64,000 bases of DNA, taken from the NCBI GenBank assembly GCA_963783575.1, contig CAWAOD010000013.1, positions 64,001 to 128,000 on the forward strand. Reading direction: 5' to 3'. The first letter of the stretch is position 1; every line of letters begins with the position of its first letter. This document shows, one piece after another, positions 1-8,933 of this stretch. The position numbers were made by a program, and so were the translations under genes. The notes below the pieces were generated by a model. The model worked only from the letters and a program-made list of their open reading frames with translations, was not told the origin of the DNA and searched no databases. The stretch is from an uncultured Spirochaetota bacterium (GTDB taxonomy: Bacteria; Spirochaetota; Brevinematia; Brevinematales; JAOACQ01).

Positions 1-1
1 G

Positions 2-1048
2 ACGGATAAAGTTTCCGATGATATGATAACAGATATTGCATTGTCATATAAGAAATCGAAAAATCCCGTTGTTATAATCGGCGAAGATGTTTTTAAAAGT
101 ACCCTTTCGAAACCGGGATTTAAAGTTTTATCTGAAATTTTTCAAGGAAGGATATTTCCGCTTTTTACAATAAACAATATTCTCGGCGCTGTATCTTATG
201 GAATTTCACCTTATGCTGATAATAAATATTTAGCCGGGAAATGGAATGCAGAACTGCCGGCAGACAGGGGATTGAATATTTTCGAAATGCTTGATGCCTC
301 CAATAACGGCAGTATGAAATGTATGTATATAGTCGGTGAGGATTTGCTCGCTGATGCCGGGGATTATAGCAGAGTAAAAAAGTCTCTTGAAAATCTTGAA
401 TTCCTGGTCGTGCAGGATTTATTTATGACAGAAACCGCGAAATTGGCGGATGTCATTCTTCCCGCGGCCGGTTCTCTCGAGAAAAAAGGCACTTTTACAA
501 ATATGGAAGGAAAACGCCAGCATTTTATGCCCGTTATCGACCCTATCGGCGAATCGAAACCGGATTCGGAAATTTTTATGGAATTATCGGGAAGGTTGGG
601 AATTAAGCTTCCTTATGGCGATGTAAACGAAATAACCGAAGAAATTAAGGATATTGATTTATTTAAAAATAAAATTTTCATAACCGGAAATATATCCATT
701 CCTGAGGAAAACACCGGTGATAGTTTTCCCCTGTGGATAAAAGCGGACAATACCCGTCTGAAGTATCATTCCGGAAGCCTGCTTAAAAACTCGTATTTCT
801 TAGAGCGTGAAATGGAGCCTGCTGCCGTTCTGGTACATCCGGACCAGGCAAAGGCAAACCAGCTTAGAAATAACGAAAAAGTAAAAATTACTACAAAATA
901 CGGGGAAATATTAAGAAATGTCCTGATATCAAACGATATCCCGAAAGGAAGCATCGTTTTAAGAACAAATATCAGCGATTATTCCCATACCATGGTATTA
1001 CCGGCAGGGTTATTATGGACGCCGGGTAGATTGGAGAAATTATCATGA
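2..1048 (+). CDS. Molybdopterin-oxidoreductase-family (FdhF/NuoG-like) subunit, C-terminal part, 5'-truncated by the window edge; probably non-catalytic
   Basis: LEFLVVQDLFMTETAKLADVILPAA and EKKGTFTNMEG motifs plus a C-terminal Molydop_binding-like domain; frame open from position 2; PLFTINNILG replaces the FDH PLRGQNNVQG motif. Confidence 0.8.
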   Translation, partial: TDKVSDDMITDIALSYKKSKNPVVIIGEDVFKSTLSKPGFKVLSEIFQGRIFPLFTINNILGAVSYGISPYADNKYLAGKWNAELPADRGLNIFEMLDASNNGSMKCMYIVGEDLLADAGDYSRVKKSLENLEFLVVQDLFMTETAKLADVILPAAGSLEKKGTFTNMEGKRQHFMPVIDPIGESKPDSEIFMELSGRLGIKLPYGDVNEITEEIKDIDLFKNKIFITGNISIPEENTGDSFPLWIKADNTRLKYHSGSLLKNSYFLEREMEPAAVLVHPDQAKANQLRNNEKVKITTKYGEILRNVLISNDIPKGSIVLRTNISDYSHTMVLPAGLLWTPGRLEKLS

Positions 1049-2091
1049 ATAAAATAAAACTTATTGATAAAGGCAAACTTTCCGCCTGGATTGAAGGCAT
1101 CATAAAAAAATACAGGGTTTTCGCTCCTCAGAAAATCGGCGAAAATGAATATATTTTTAAGGACCTGGTTTCACCTGATAAAATCTCGCTTGATTATATC
1201 AACCCGGTTATTTCACCCATAAAAGATCTGCTTTTCCCGATGAATGAAAAATTGATAGATTACAAAAAAAAGGAAAACGGATGGGAAACAAAGACCGAAG
1301 AAATCAAAGAGAAAACCGTGCTTTTCGGAATGCGTTCATGTGATCTGTCGGCTTTAATATTCATGGATAAATTCTTCCTTGAAGGGTTTAAGGATAATTA
1401 TTACGCGGCAAGAAGGGAAAATCTTTTTACTGTAAATGTAAGCTGTCTTAATCCCGCGGAATACTGCTTCTGCGTCTGCGCGGATGCCGGACCATCTAAG
1501 GACGATGGTTTTGATGTTCAGCTAACCGATATCGGCGGTAAATACCTGGTCGAAATAGGTTCCGGAAAGGGCGAGGAACTTGTAAATATTGATTCTTCTT
1601 TATTTACAGAGGCATCCCCCGATGATCTTAAGAAAAAGCATGATTTGATTCTTGAAATAAGGAACAATAAATTCAAACTACCGACCACATATTTTTCCAA
1701 AGCGATCCGGCATGTAACAGCCGATGATATAAGCGAAAAGGAATGGAATAAGCTCGGGGCAAGGTGCATCGCCTGCGGAAGCTGTTCATACATCTGCCCG
1801 ACCTGTACCTGTTTTAATGTTATCGACATTGAGAAAAAACCCGGAGAGGGTTCGAGATACAGGACCTGGGATTCATGCATGTACGGCGGTTTTACCAGGG
1901 AAGTGTCGGGGCATAATCCCCGTCCGACTCAGAAGGAAAGGGTGAAAAGACGCTATTACCATAAGCTTAGCTATTATTACCTGAGGAAAATGGGAACACA
2001 TGGATGCGTGGGCTGCGGCAGGTGCGTTATATCCTGCCTGGGCAGCATTGATATGTTCGATGTCAGTAAAGATATCAGAAGGAACGGATAA
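1045..2091 (+). CDS. AsrA / sulfhydrogenase beta-like 4Fe-4S protein
   Basis: RSCD, CFC, CIACGSCSYICPTCTC, WDSC and CVGCGRCVISC motifs; ATGA overlap with upstream gene. Confidence 0.9.
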   Translation: MNKIKLIDKGKLSAWIEGIIKKYRVFAPQKIGENEYIFKDLVSPDKISLDYINPVISPIKDLLFPMNEKLIDYKKKENGWETKTEEIKEKTVLFGMRSCDLSALIFMDKFFLEGFKDNYYAARRENLFTVNVSCLNPAEYCFCVCADAGPSKDDGFDVQLTDIGGKYLVEIGSGKGEELVNIDSSLFTEASPDDLKKKHDLILEIRNNKFKLPTTYFSKAIRHVTADDISEKEWNKLGARCIACGSCSYICPTCTCFNVIDIEKKPGEGSRYRTWDSCMYGGFTREVSGHNPRPTQKERVKRRYYHKLSYYYLRKMGTHGCVGCGRCVISCLGSIDMFDVSKDIRRNG

Positions 2092-2919
2092 ATGGAAAAC
2101 ATATATTTATCGCAGGAAGCTGTAATCAGGGATATAAAACAGGAAACTTTCGACACAAAGACTTTTTTCCTTTCGTTCAGGGATAAAAATATTCAGAAAA
2201 ATTTTGAATACAAGCCGGGGCAGTTTATTGAAGCTTCCCTGTATGGATATGGTGAAGCTCCTTTCGGAATGGCCACATCCCCGACACGCAAAGATTATTT
2301 TATAACGACGATACGCTCGGTCGGTAAACTGACACAGGCCATCCATTCACTTAAAATCGGGGATACTATCGGCGTGAGGGGACCGTTTGGGAACAGTTTC
2401 CCATTTGAGGAAGTAAAAGGGAAAAATATTTTATTCATCGGGGGCGGCATCGGCCTTCCGCCTTTAAGGTCTCTCATACATTATATGATGGACAAACGTT
2501 CCGATTATAAAGATATTACGATACTCTACGGAGCAAGAACACCTAAAGACCTTGTTTATAAGGAAGAATTAAAGGAATGGGAAAACAGCAAAGATATTAG
2601 TTTTTATGTTACAGTAGATGCAGCCGATGGCGAATGGAAAGGAAACGTCGGAGTTGTTCCGCTTCTATTGAACAAAATAAAGCTTGATATTCCAAACACT
2701 GTGGCTTTTGTGTGCGGACCTCCTATTATGATAAAATTTGTTATCCAGGATCTTCTGAAATTGAATTTCGCCGAGGAAAATATTATTACAACCCTGGAAA
2801 GATATATGAAATGCGGAGTCGGTAAGTGCGGGCATTGCGCCATCGGATACAAATATGTCTGCATGGATGGGCCGGTTTTTAATTATAAACAGATAAAAAA
2901 CCTGCCGGAAAAGGCATAA
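2092..2919 (+). CDS. AsrB / sulfhydrogenase gamma-like FAD/NAD(P)-binding 2Fe-2S subunit
   Basis: PGQF, RGPFGN, GGGIGLPP, CGPP and MKCGVGKCGHC...C motifs. Confidence 0.9.
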   Translation: MENIYLSQEAVIRDIKQETFDTKTFFLSFRDKNIQKNFEYKPGQFIEASLYGYGEAPFGMATSPTRKDYFITTIRSVGKLTQAIHSLKIGDTIGVRGPFGNSFPFEEVKGKNILFIGGGIGLPPLRSLIHYMMDKRSDYKDITILYGARTPKDLVYKEELKEWENSKDISFYVTVDAADGEWKGNVGVVPLLLNKIKLDIPNTVAFVCGPPIMIKFVIQDLLKLNFAEENIITTLERYMKCGVGKCGHCAIGYKYVCMDGPVFNYKQIKNLPEKA

Positions 2920-2944
2920 TGATTATAAAATCAGGGATAAAAAA

Positions 2945-4966
2945 ATGATTGAATATTTAATTTACGCTGTAATCGCCGGGTTTATTCTTACCTGCTTTAC
3001 CGTAAGATTCAGGAAGCTTTGCGGGTATATAGCATTCTTTACCATATTATTAATAAGTATCGGCGTGTTCTATATTGTTTATCAGGTCTTCAGCACATCG
3101 TCGCCTGTAAAGATCGACGAACCTCTTATGATACTTCCGGTTATAGGGGCGCAGCTTGTTTTTAACATCGATAAAATGGGGGCTTTATTCCTATCGCTGA
3201 TCGCCGTAATCTCGCTGCTTGCTTCGCTTTATTCAATTGATTATATGGACAGCTACAAAGAAGAAAGCCTTTTAAGGTTCTATCCTTTTTTGATACTTTT
3301 TGTTCTCAGCATGATAGGGGTGGTTATTGTTTCCGACCTGTTTTTCTTTTTCGTATTCTGGGAGTTTATGACATTATCGTCATATTTTCTTGTTATTTTT
3401 GAAAAAAAAGACCCGGTAGTACTAAAAGCCGGGTTTAAATACTTTTTGATGACCCACATTGGAACAGCTTTAATGTTTATTGCAGCTTTCGTTCTTCAGT
3501 CCTATGCCGGTACATTCAGATTTGACGGCATTGAACAGGCCATTGGTTCAATGGCTGTAAAAGCCACATTCGGCCTGCATATTGTCCTGGCTTTGTTCTT
3601 TATCGGGTTTGCGACAAAATCGGGCGTTTACCCATTCGGAACATGGCTGCCGGATGCCCATCCCGCGGCTCCTTCCGGAATCTCCGCGATGCTGTCGGGA
3701 GTTATGATAAAAATGGGGATTTTCGGGATACTCCGCATTTTCTTGTATATACTCCCTGTTTCTGACTTTTCAGTGCTCTGGGGGATTATCATCGCTGTCT
3801 TTGGGACATTGTCAATTTTGATCGGCACATTTAACGCCCTTGTCCAGAAGGATTCTAAAAGACTGCTGGCTTTCCACAGCATCGGCCAGATCGGGTATGT
3901 TCTTCTGGCTGTCGGAATTGGTATAAGCTTTATGAAGGATAACCCGGCCATCGCAACGATAGCATTAATCGCAGGTTTATTCCATATGATAAACCATGCC
4001 TTCTTCAAGAGCCTTTTGTTTTTAAACGCCGGATCGATATTATTCAAAACCGGGATAAAAAACCTGAACAATCTTGGCGGATTATGGAACATCATTCCAC
4101 TTACGGCTGTGACAGCGCTTGTTGCCTCTCTTTCCATTTCAGGAATACCGCCGTTTAACGGATTTGTCAGCAAATGGCTTATCTATCAGGTATCCATCCT
4201 CGGGGGAATCAAGGTTCCTTTATTCGTATCATGCGGAGTCGTGGCGATTTTTTTATCGGCTATAACTATGGCTTCATTTATTAAGTTTTTCTCCACTTCA
4301 TTTCTCGGGGATTTACCATGTGACATTAAAGATCATATAACCGCAAAAAGAATGCCCGCGGGAATGAATATTTCACAAATAATCCTTGCGCTTATCTGCC
4401 TGGGGTTGGGTCTTGCGCCGTTGTTCCCGGTAAAACTTATTTATGACTCACTAGCCGGGTCAAAACTTGCCGATACTTTACCGCAATTCGGTTCAATATT
4501 CAACGGCAGCGCCGGCGGGATCGGGATCCTTATAGACGGTAAAGAAACCGGGGTATGGAAGCCTCTGGTAATAGTACTAATATTCCTGGGGCTGGTTCTT
4601 TTATCTTACTTAATTTCAAAACTTGGCGGCTCAAAAAAAAGGGTCGTACCGGTCTGGCTATGCGGAGAGGAATACGACAGGGAGCAGGTTCGGTACAGGG
4701 CTCATAGTTTTTATTTATCGCTGCAGCATCTTATTGAGGGGTGGTTTTTCCCCAAGATTTTGATACCGGGTAAAGAAAAACCGGAGCGAGTTTATAATTC
4801 AATGAATTTCGATAATATCGCGTTTTATCCTTTAGCCAGGTGGATAGTAAACCTCGCAGATAAAATAAAAAAGAGCCACAGCGGAATACCGCAAATCTAT
4901 ATGCTGTGGCAGGTTCTGGGTGTAATTATTGCGGTAACCCTTATAATCCTCGCTGGAGGTAAATAG
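2945..4966 (+). CDS. hyfB: Hydrogenase-4 component B / HycC-like antiporter-type membrane subunit
   Basis: Polytopic membrane protein; FWEFMT, WLPDAHPAAPS, KRLLAFHSIGQIG, GIPPFNGFVSKW. Confidence 0.85.
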   Translation: MIEYLIYAVIAGFILTCFTVRFRKLCGYIAFFTILLISIGVFYIVYQVFSTSSPVKIDEPLMILPVIGAQLVFNIDKMGALFLSLIAVISLLASLYSIDYMDSYKEESLLRFYPFLILFVLSMIGVVIVSDLFFFFVFWEFMTLSSYFLVIFEKKDPVVLKAGFKYFLMTHIGTALMFIAAFVLQSYAGTFRFDGIEQAIGSMAVKATFGLHIVLALFFIGFATKSGVYPFGTWLPDAHPAAPSGISAMLSGVMIKMGIFGILRIFLYILPVSDFSVLWGIIIAVFGTLSILIGTFNALVQKDSKRLLAFHSIGQIGYVLLAVGIGISFMKDNPAIATIALIAGLFHMINHAFFKSLLFLNAGSILFKTGIKNLNNLGGLWNIIPLTAVTALVASLSISGIPPFNGFVSKWLIYQVSILGGIKVPLFVSCGVVAIFLSAITMASFIKFFSTSFLGDLPCDIKDHITAKRMPAGMNISQIILALICLGLGLAPLFPVKLIYDSLAGSKLADTLPQFGSIFNGSAGGIGILIDGKETGVWKPLVIVLIFLGLVLLSYLISKLGGSKKRVVPVWLCGEEYDREQVRYRAHSFYLSLQHLIEGWFFPKILIPGKEKPERVYNSMNFDNIAFYPLARWIVNLADKIKKSHSGIPQIYMLWQVLGVIIAVTLIILAGGK

Positions 4967-4967
4967 T

Positions 4968-6659
4968 ATGAATGGAAATGAATTGATATCAAAATTAAAA
5001 AGCAAATTTAATGACAGCATAGTCAATGCGGTTGAAAAAACGCCTTCAAGGGTTTTTATTACTGTTCCAAAGAATAAAATCAAAGAAATTACAGGATATA
5101 TTTCAAAGGATATGAAAGCCCGGTTTCAGGTCAGCGTAGGGACCGACAGCAGGAATAAAAACGGGAATTTTCAGATTACGCATATTTTTTCACTGGATAA
5201 AGAAAAGCTTTACATTATTGTTCATGCCCTGGTTCATCCCGATGACCCGAATATAGACTCAATAGCGAATGATATTCCGGCGGCAAACTGGACCGAAAGG
5301 GAATTCAGGGATATGATCGGCGTCAACCCGGTTGGGCATCCTGACCCCAGAAGGCTTGTACTGGCTGATGATTGGCCGGATGATGTTTATCCTTTAAGGA
5401 AGGACTTCCCATACGACTGTAAAGTACCATCGGTGTCGCCCGGTTCTCCGGGACCGAGAATCGTAATGAAAGCGCCGCCCGAAGGGGCTTCGGTAATACC
5501 GATAGGCCCGTTTTACCCGGTGCTTGAGGAGCCTTCGCAGTGGAGAATTTTTGTCGAGGGTGAATCAATTGTCGGCTGCGATTACAGGGGATTTTACGTC
5601 CACAGGGGAATTGAAAAACTTGGAGACAGCGTACTGACATACAACCAGATTCCGTTTATCGCTGAAAGAATCTGCGGGATTTGCGGTTTCGTTCATTCCA
5701 GCTGCTACTGCCAGGCTGTTGAGAACGCGGCGGGAATTGAAATTCCGGAAAGATCGAAGTTTATAAGAAGCATTCTTCTTGAACTGGAAAGAATCCACAG
5801 CCATCTGTTGTGGCTCGGGATCGCCGGGCATATCATCGGCTTCGATACCGTTCTTATGCAAAGCTGGAGGATAAGGGAGCCTGTGATGTGGCTGACCGAA
5901 AGAATCACCGGGCATAGAAAAACTTATGGCATGAACCTCATCGGAGGTGTAAGGAGAGACATAACAAAAGAAATGTGCCAGGATATAACAAATGTTATAA
6001 ATAAAGTTGAAAAAGAATGGACTGCAGTGATTAACGCGATCGGAGGCGATACCCCGCTGTTTATGAGGCTCAGGAATGTCGGTGTGCTCAGCCATGAAAA
6101 CGCGCTTAAAACCTCTGTTCTGGGGCCGACGGCGAGAGGTTCCGGAGTGGATATAGACGCAAGGACGGATCACCCGTTCGCGGCTTATGAATATATCCCG
6201 GTCAACAGGATTGTTCATAATGAAGGCGATATAATGTCAAGGACTATGGTCAGGCTTGAAGAAACACTCGAATCAATAAGGATCATTAAAGAATGCATGA
6301 AGCTGATGCCGGAAGGCCCGATCATGGCGAAAGTTCCGGACACGATACCGGACGGACTTGAAGGCGTAAGCGTTGTCGAACCGCCCAGGGGCGAAGTGAT
6401 TCACTATATAATGACCGGGGGTGACAACCGTCCTTACAGGTGGCGTGTCAGGGCCCCTACATATTTTAACCTTCAGGCTGTTCCTATAATGATAGAAAAT
6501 GTTACAATCGCCGATGTCCCGATCACCCTTGGAAGCATTGACCCATGCTTTTCCTGCACCGAAAGGATGGAGGTCGTGGACGTTAAGAAAGGCGACATTA
6601 AAGTATATTCGCAGGATGACTTACTGGCGTTGTCAAGGAAGAAGTATGGTGATAAATGA
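4968..6659 (+). CDS. hycE: Group 4a [NiFe]-hydrogenase large subunit (NuoC+NuoD-like fusion, HycE/HyfG)
   Basis: N-terminal NuoC-like domain (ERE..DM.G, GHPDPRRL, YPLRKD); L1 ERICGICG and L2 DPCFSCTER with all four Cys; cleavable C-terminal tail after Arg. Confidence 0.92.
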   Translation: MNGNELISKLKSKFNDSIVNAVEKTPSRVFITVPKNKIKEITGYISKDMKARFQVSVGTDSRNKNGNFQITHIFSLDKEKLYIIVHALVHPDDPNIDSIANDIPAANWTEREFRDMIGVNPVGHPDPRRLVLADDWPDDVYPLRKDFPYDCKVPSVSPGSPGPRIVMKAPPEGASVIPIGPFYPVLEEPSQWRIFVEGESIVGCDYRGFYVHRGIEKLGDSVLTYNQIPFIAERICGICGFVHSSCYCQAVENAAGIEIPERSKFIRSILLELERIHSHLLWLGIAGHIIGFDTVLMQSWRIREPVMWLTERITGHRKTYGMNLIGGVRRDITKEMCQDITNVINKVEKEWTAVINAIGGDTPLFMRLRNVGVLSHENALKTSVLGPTARGSGVDIDARTDHPFAAYEYIPVNRIVHNEGDIMSRTMVRLEETLESIRIIKECMKLMPEGPIMAKVPDTIPDGLEGVSVVEPPRGEVIHYIMTGGDNRPYRWRVRAPTYFNLQAVPIMIENVTIADVPITLGSIDPCFSCTERMEVVDVKKGDIKVYSQDDLLALSRKKYGDK

Positions 6660-6670
6660 CAATTATGGGT

Positions 6671-6741
6671 CGAGCATCCTGCCTGGCCTGCCTACAACGG
6701 GATATCCGGCAGGTAGGCGGCAGACAGGTCATGCTTGCTCG
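6671..6741. repeat. GC-rich nested palindrome (REP-like CCTGCCT...AGGYAGG element)
   Basis: CGAGCA/TGCTCG, CCTGCCTG/CAGACAGG and GCCTGCCT/AGGTAGGC nested arms. Confidence 0.6.
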
Positions 6742-6753
6742 GGAGGAAAGTAA

Positions 6754-7653
6754 ATGGTTTGGTTAGCAATTATAAATGTTTTGCTTGTAATACTGCTTTC
6801 GCCGCTTTATGAAGGCATTATAAGAAAAGTGAAGGCTTTTGTCCATTCGAGAAAAGGCCCGCCGGTTTACCAACCTTACATTGACCTGTTAAAGCTTTTA
6901 GGTAAAGAGGATCTGCGGGTATCAGGCAATATCCTGATCGGCCTGGCTCCTGTGGTGTGTTTCGCAAGCGTGTTGATGGTTGCAATGCTGACTCCAATCG
7001 GAACAATAGTTTCTCCGCTGGGATTCGGCGGGGATGCCATTGTTATGATATATTTTATAGCTTTATCAGCTTTCGCTATTATGATCGGCGCGGCGGCAAC
7101 TGAAAACCCGTACGCCTTTGTCGGCTTAAACAGAAAGATGATGCTGTATCTTGTACTTGAAATTATAGTTGTAATAGCGATTCTCGCGGGAGTCATCAAA
7201 AGCGGTTCTTTCCAGATCTCGGATATTGTCAGGAGAGTTTTAAAAAACGGCATGTCTGTCTCGACCGTGCTTGCCGCGGCGGCGTTTTTCCTTGTAATCC
7301 AGGCTCAGCTCGCGAAACTGCCTTTTGATGTATCCGAAGCCGAGCAGGAATTGATGGAAGGTCCTTTTATAGAGGCTTCCGGCCCAAGGCTCGCCCTTTT
7401 TAAATGGAGCTTTTACGCGAAACAGATAATATATTCATCGCTGTTTCTGGAAATGTTCATCCCATGGCCGAAGACATACATTATACCGTTGGATATACTG
7501 ATAAACCTGGCTAAAGTATTGGCCGTGATGCTTCTGATAGGGGTCATTGACGTTGTAAATCCGAGGCTTCGTATAGACCAGGCTATAAAGTATTATACAG
7601 GAGTATCGATAGTAGCTTTGATCGGGCTTTCATTCGCGGTGATAGGAGCGTAA
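6754..7653 (+). CDS. hycD: HycD/HyfC (NuoH-like) membrane subunit
   Basis: RKGPP..QPY.DLLKL and KLPFDVSEAEQELMEG motifs; GGAGG RBS. Confidence 0.9.
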   Translation: MVWLAIINVLLVILLSPLYEGIIRKVKAFVHSRKGPPVYQPYIDLLKLLGKEDLRVSGNILIGLAPVVCFASVLMVAMLTPIGTIVSPLGFGGDAIVMIYFIALSAFAIMIGAAATENPYAFVGLNRKMMLYLVLEIIVVIAILAGVIKSGSFQISDIVRRVLKNGMSVSTVLAAAAFFLVIQAQLAKLPFDVSEAEQELMEGPFIEASGPRLALFKWSFYAKQIIYSSLFLEMFIPWPKTYIIPLDILINLAKVLAVMLLIGVIDVVNPRLRIDQAIKYYTGVSIVALIGLSFAVIGA

Positions 7654-7809
7654 ATTAGCGGCTAGATATTAGTCGCTATTCGTTAGCTATCTGATATAGT
7701 CAGTTTCTGTTTTTATTTATGTATAGTAGCGGAAAGCCAAATTGATTTGTAATCCTTCGTTCGGATAAGGATTATATAATGGTCAAGCGGCACGCTTGAG
7801 GAAAAGTTT

Positions 7810-8250
7810 ATGTTTTTAAGCAAGATTAAAGAAGCGATAATATGCTTCAAAGCCGGAAGGGTCACAATGCCCTACCCATTGGGCGCGGAAGGAAACCCTC
7901 CGAAGGAATGGTTCAGGGGAAGGGTCCATCTTGATCCAACTAAATGTATCGGCTGCGGCGGCTGTGCAAATGTTTGCCCACCGGGTTTGATAAAAATAAT
8001 CGATGTCGACGGCAAAAGGTTTATTGAAAGGGATCTTTTCCGCTGTATTTACTGCGGCAGGTGCGTTGAGGAATGCCCGGAAAAGGCCATCACAATGTCT
8101 GAGGATTATGAACTCGCAACCGATCATAAAGAAGATCTCTTAATCCGGCAGGAGATAGATATGGCGACCTGCCAGAGGTGCGGAAGATGTTTTGACCGGA
8201 ATTTAAAGAATCCGCTGGATAAAATGATGATAAAAGGCTTTAGAAGCTGA
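7810..8250 (+). CDS. hycF: HycF/HyfH (NuoI-like) 2x[4Fe-4S] subunit
   Basis: CIGCGGCANVCP, CIYCGRCVEECP and an extra CQRCG. Confidence 0.88.
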   Translation: MFLSKIKEAIICFKAGRVTMPYPLGAEGNPPKEWFRGRVHLDPTKCIGCGGCANVCPPGLIKIIDVDGKRFIERDLFRCIYCGRCVEECPEKAITMSEDYELATDHKEDLLIRQEIDMATCQRCGRCFDRNLKNPLDKMMIKGFRS

Positions 8251-8265
8251 TCCCGGAGGTTAAAG

Positions 8266-8931
8266 ATGGAACTTTCATATATAGTATCGCTGTTCTGCCT
8301 GTCTATGTTCATAACAACAATAGCGGTAATAGAAATAAGGAATTTAAAATACGCGGTTTACGCATATTGCCTGCAGGCAATTATTATGGCTGTTCTGTAT
8401 TTCTATCTTGCTTCTCATATAAATCCAAGATTTTTCGTCTGGTTTATTGAGGTTGTGGTTGTAAAAATTGTACTTATACCGATGTTTTTTTTGATATATA
8501 TAAGAAGAACTACCCAAATAGCTTTCAGACCTTTTATTGGCTATATCCCCTCGGTATTTCTGATGGCTTTTATAATAATAATCATGTTCTATATGATATA
8601 TACTAACATCAATTTTATAGCCCCAAGTGCCGAAGCCGTTCAGGACCCCGGAAGAACGCTTCTTTCCGTATCATTGACTGTTTTCACATTGGGATTGTAC
8701 GGGATTTTGACAAGACGCGACGCTATAAAAATGGTCTTAAGCCTCTGCGTGGTGGATAACGGCGTGCATTTATTCCTGGTAAGCACCGCCCTGTCAATGC
8801 CTGAAATAGCCGTCATCGGTATAACAACGGACGCGGTTATAGCCGTTTTACTGCTGCTTTACCTGGTAAGAGGAATATTCAATGAATTCGGGTCTGCCGA
8901 TACCAATGAACTGAAGAATCTAAGGTGGTAA
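8266..8931 (+). CDS. hyfE: HyfE-like (NuoK-related) membrane subunit
   Basis: About 7 TM helices, DNGVHL motif, operon position. Confidence 0.75.
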   Translation: MELSYIVSLFCLSMFITTIAVIEIRNLKYAVYAYCLQAIIMAVLYFYLASHINPRFFVWFIEVVVVKIVLIPMFFLIYIRRTTQIAFRPFIGYIPSVFLMAFIIIIMFYMIYTNINFIAPSAEAVQDPGRTLLSVSLTVFTLGLYGILTRRDAIKMVLSLCVVDNGVHLFLVSTALSMPEIAVIGITTDAVIAVLLLLYLVRGIFNEFGSADTNELKNLRW

Positions 8932-8933
8932 TT

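Noticed and set aside
1045..2919. Anaerobic sulfite reductase
   Set aside because: No asrC (sirohaem subunit) follows; the genes are coupled to a hydrogenase operon
5565..6218. Long antisense and alternate-frame ORFs (e.g. 5565-6218, 3628-4173, 40531-41019, 6499-6753)
   Set aside because: Shadow ORFs of well-conserved genes with no recognisable motifs
4968..6659. Ehr-type (Ni-free) hydrogenase-related complex or complex I
   Set aside because: Both CxxC Ni-binding motifs and a cleavable tail are intact, and hycI is present
8248..8268. hycF TGA is in frame with hyfE (possible selenocysteine or readthrough fusion)
   Set aside because: The 15-nt spacer contains a clear GGAGG RBS, no SECIS-like hairpin is evident, and the position is not a conserved Cys
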